A stretch of DNA of 64,000 nt, from NCBI GenBank assembly GCA_965217865.1, contig CBDCJO010000002.1:2656001-2720000 (forward strand), in the 5' to 3' direction. Each line of letters opens with the position of its first letter. Position 1 is the first letter of the stretch. The notes below the pieces were generated by a model that was given only the letters and a program-made list of their open reading frames with translations, made no database searches and was not told where the DNA came from. The position numbers and the translations under genes were made by a program. Shown one piece after another: positions 61,310-64,000 of the stretch. Origin of the DNA: Candidatus Latescibacterota bacterium. Lineage in GTDB: Bacteria > Latescibacterota > UBA2968 > SICM01.

Positions 61310-63006
61310 AGAAAAAGCACTTCCGTCGCAACATCGGAGCCATCACGAAGGGGTCCCTTGTCGAAGGCCTGGAGATGAAGCTCGACCCTTCTAAGAGCGT
61401 GGAAGATATCAAAGCCGGTAAGTTCGTCGTGATTGAGGGCACCCAAAATGAGTTCTTTTCCATGATCACCGATCTCCGGCTGGATGCCACAAACCCGGAG
61501 GTGCTTCTTCATCCCCCTCAGGAGGACAATGCGCTGCTCCACCAGGTCCTGAATGGTACCAGCACCTACATATCCGTCTGCCTTCGACCCATGTTGGTGC
61601 TCAAAAAAGGCCAGACCCTGGACAACCACGAGATGCGCCCCGTGAAGACGGTCCCATCGCACTTCTCTAAGGTCAAGGAGGCCGAGGAAAGCGATGTGGG
61701 TCGTGTCTTCGGCAGCGAATCGATGAGCGACCGCTTCTTCAACATCGGGACCCCGCTCGACATGGAGACCCCGGTCTGTGTGGACTTATCCCGTTTCGCG
61801 GAGCGGAGCAATGGGATTTTTGGAAAGACCGGAACCGGGAAAAGCTTCCTGACCCGCCTGGTCCTGAGTGGGCTGATCCACGGGGAAAAAGCGGTAAATC
61901 TGATCTTCGACATGCACAACGAATACGGTTGGAAGGCGATCCAGGAGTCCGGGACCGGGAAAGGGGCTTTTGTCAAGGGGCTGAAACAGCTGTTCGGCAA
62001 CCGGGTTGCCATCTTTTCCCTGGATCCGAAATCAACCCGTGCCCGCGGGGTCCAGCCCGACCACGAGGTTTATATCTCATGTGACCAGGTGGCCGTAGAG
62101 GATATCATTCCGCTTCAGGAAGAGCTCAGGCTTAATCCCACGGCTGCGGAATCCGCTTATCTGGTCTACGCCATTCATAAAGATCGTTGGCTCCGACAGA
62201 TGTTCAGCCTGGAAGGGCCCGATGTGGAAGCCTTCGCAGAGGAGATCGGGGCCAATACGGGATCCCTGGTCGCCCTTCACCGAAAGTTGAAAAGGCTCGA
62301 AAGGTTTCCATTCCTGGTGGACAAGCTGAACGGCCCCGATGCAGTGGACACCATGATGGATTATATCGACCGGGGTATCCATATCGTCCTGGAATTCGGC
62401 CGTGAGACGAGCGTCCTGTGTTACCTCCTGGTGGCCAACATCATCTCCCGCCGCATCCACGAAAAATATATACAGAAGAGCGAGAAATACTATTCAACTC
62501 AGGACGTGAAGGACCAGCCCAGGCAGTTGATCATCACGATCGAGGAAGCGCACAAATTCCTGAATACGTTCGCAGCGAAGCAGACCATTTTCGGCACTAT
62601 CGCCCGAGAAATGAGGAAGTACTTCGTCTCCCTGCTGATCGTGGATCAACGCCCTTCTGGCATCGACGAGGAGGTTATTTCTCAGCTCGGGACCAAGATC
62701 ACCGCCCTCCTGAACGACGACAAAGACATCCAGGCCGTGTTGACAGGGGTAAGCAATCCGTCGGGCCTTCGAAGCGTGCTGGCCAGTCTCGACACGAAGC
62801 AGCAGGCCCTTGTTCTTGGCCACGCCGTCCCCATGCCGGTGGTCATCCGGACACGGGAATACGGAGAGCAATTCTACAGGGCAATGGGACATCTCCCGCC
62901 CGAGGAACGCAGGAAGAGAACAAAGAAGGAGATCGACGATCTTTTCGGGGAGTCTGAAGGAAAGGCTTTAGGGAAAACCAGGGATAAGGCCCTGCTAGCG
63001 GACTGA
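61306..63006 (+). CDS. herA: HerA (FtsK/HerA superfamily) ATPase/helicase
   Basis: N-terminal HAS barrel, GKTGTGKS, IFDMHNEYG, IEEAH, AREMRKY and DQRPS; GTGA coupling with the upstream gene. Confidence 0.9.
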   Translation: MKKKHFRRNIGAITKGSLVEGLEMKLDPSKSVEDIKAGKFVVIEGTQNEFFSMITDLRLDATNPEVLLHPPQEDNALLHQVLNGTSTYISVCLRPMLVLKKGQTLDNHEMRPVKTVPSHFSKVKEAEESDVGRVFGSESMSDRFFNIGTPLDMETPVCVDLSRFAERSNGIFGKTGTGKSFLTRLVLSGLIHGEKAVNLIFDMHNEYGWKAIQESGTGKGAFVKGLKQLFGNRVAIFSLDPKSTRARGVQPDHEVYISCDQVAVEDIIPLQEELRLNPTAAESAYLVYAIHKDRWLRQMFSLEGPDVEAFAEEIGANTGSLVALHRKLKRLERFPFLVDKLNGPDAVDTMMDYIDRGIHIVLEFGRETSVLCYLLVANIISRRIHEKYIQKSEKYYSTQDVKDQPRQLIITIEEAHKFLNTFAAKQTIFGTIAREMRKYFVSLLIVDQRPSGIDEEVISQLGTKITALLNDDKDIQAVLTGVSNPSGLRSVLASLDTKQQALVLGHAVPMPVVIRTREYGEQFYRAMGHLPPEERRKRTKKEIDDLFGESEGKALGKTRDKALLAD

Positions 63007-63071
63007 AAGTTGATGATATCCGTTGATTCCCCCAATCCTTACTGAACAGTCCTGGCTCAAAGGCTAAACTC

Positions 63072-63104
63072 AAGCGGGCTAATCGATTTCGGTTAGCCCG
63101 CTTT
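63072..63104 (+). terminator. Intrinsic terminator after herA
   Basis: AAGCGGGCTAATCG/CGGTTAGCCCGCTTT hairpin. Confidence 0.8.
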
Positions 63105-63122
63105 CTACTCTAACGAAAGGAC

Positions 63123-63151
63123 TTGACAACCGTTTGCGATCGTGAGTAGAA
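63123..63151 (+). promoter_or_regulatory. Putative sigma70 promoter
   Basis: TTGACA-17bp-TAGAAT. Confidence 0.65.
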
Positions 63152-63305
63152 TCCCTGCAGCTTGGATGTATATCGTCGAGAGGCAACGGGCTTCATCGTC
63201 CGGGAAACACTAGAAGAAAACCGGATGAAATGGATGCTCTAACATAACCCCCAAGATGATCGAGAACGGGTTAGCTGTTAAGATTCCGTGGAGAGGAGAA
63301 CAGCA

Positions 63306-64000
63306 ATGACGGAGGGGCTGTTTCCAACAACGGTCATCGGAAGTCTGCCGCGGCCGGCCTGGGTTCGAGAGTTGATCCTTGACCGCAAGGAGGGGGATAT
63401 CACGGAGGAAGAGGCGGACGGCCTGCTGGACCAAGCAATCGAGACAGCTCTGATCTTGCAGGAATGAGTCGGACTGGATGAGATCACCGATGGCGAATGG
63501 CGGAGAGAAAGCTATGTCAAGGTTTTCGCCGAACGTGTGCGGGGATTTCAGCCGGACCTCAATCCCAGCGGTGGATTGCCCTATCCCGCCGCGGTAGAAC
63601 CAATCGAATATCACCGTCCAATCGCCGCTGAGGAGATCCGTTTCTCCCGAGGACGAACAGGGAGGCGCCTCAAAGTCACTTTACCGGGTCCCTATACTAT
63701 TGGCCGTCGGATGTGGCATCCGGAGCACTCGAAAGGGGCGTATCCCAAGCGGGAAAAGTTGATGGCCGATTGTGTCCCGGTCCTGCGAAAGGAGATCGAC
63801 GCGGTGCGTGACGCGGGGGCGGATACGGTTCAGGTCGATGAGCCGTGGCTCAGCACCATGGTCGATCCCCGTTTTCGAGAGAGAGCACGTAACCGACATT
63901 GGCTATGAAATCGATATGTGTGTTGACCTCATCAACCAGACTCTGGACGGGATCGAAGGTATTTCCACGGGAATGCACCTCTGCCACGCGCACTTCGATC
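63306..64000 (+). pseudogene. Cobalamin-independent methionine synthase II-family protein, disrupted; runs off the window edge
   Basis: TTVIGSLPRP, TDGEWRRESY, KVTLPGP, VQVDEP and MHLCH. In-frame TGA at 63465-63467 and a frameshift near the GA run at about 63880. Confidence 0.85.

Noticed and set aside
63465-63467. In-frame TGA as selenocysteine or recoding
   Set aside because: The position is non-catalytic (QE*VGLD, most simply CGA>TGA), the gene also has a frameshift, and TGA is an ordinary stop elsewhere in the window.

Overview
Bacterial chromosomal segment from a diderm: it has Omp85 barrels and lspA, and the gene content resembles FCB-affiliated candidate phyla such as Latescibacterota (inference). 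Core blocks are efp-accB-accC-gcvH; HNH-scpA-scpB-rluB-cmk-plsC-rpsA-mtaB-TPR-mutS; yggS-yggT-divIVA-yggU-punA-ileS-dksA-lspA-rluD; and nth. Accessory modules are: (1) an Omp85/DUF4390/NtrY/NtrX/Omp85/VCBS envelope locus behind a sigma54-type promoter; (2) two GT-C glycosyltransferases with an MFS transporter; (3) a sufBCDSU-sufT operon headed by a Cys-rich MerR regulator with a MerR-type promoter and operator; (4) an orphan nuoB-cysE-nuoB-nuoI mini-operon; (5) a STAS-like/winged-helix regulator with a 26-bp palindromic operator heading nurA-HAS barrel-herA. Intergenic regions carry REP-like palindromes, dispersed 40-140 bp repeats and heptamer-repeat mosaics that are nearly all pyrimidine-rich on the + strand. 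Frameshifts and nonsense lesions fall only in non-essential genes. I saw no rRNA, tRNA, CRISPR array or intact transposase. The best candidates for an undescribed system are the regulated NurA-HAS-HerA module, the MerR-suf plus nuoB-cysE-nuoB-nuoI Fe-S locus, and the polarised repeat mosaics. All calls come from reading motifs by eye; no searches were run.
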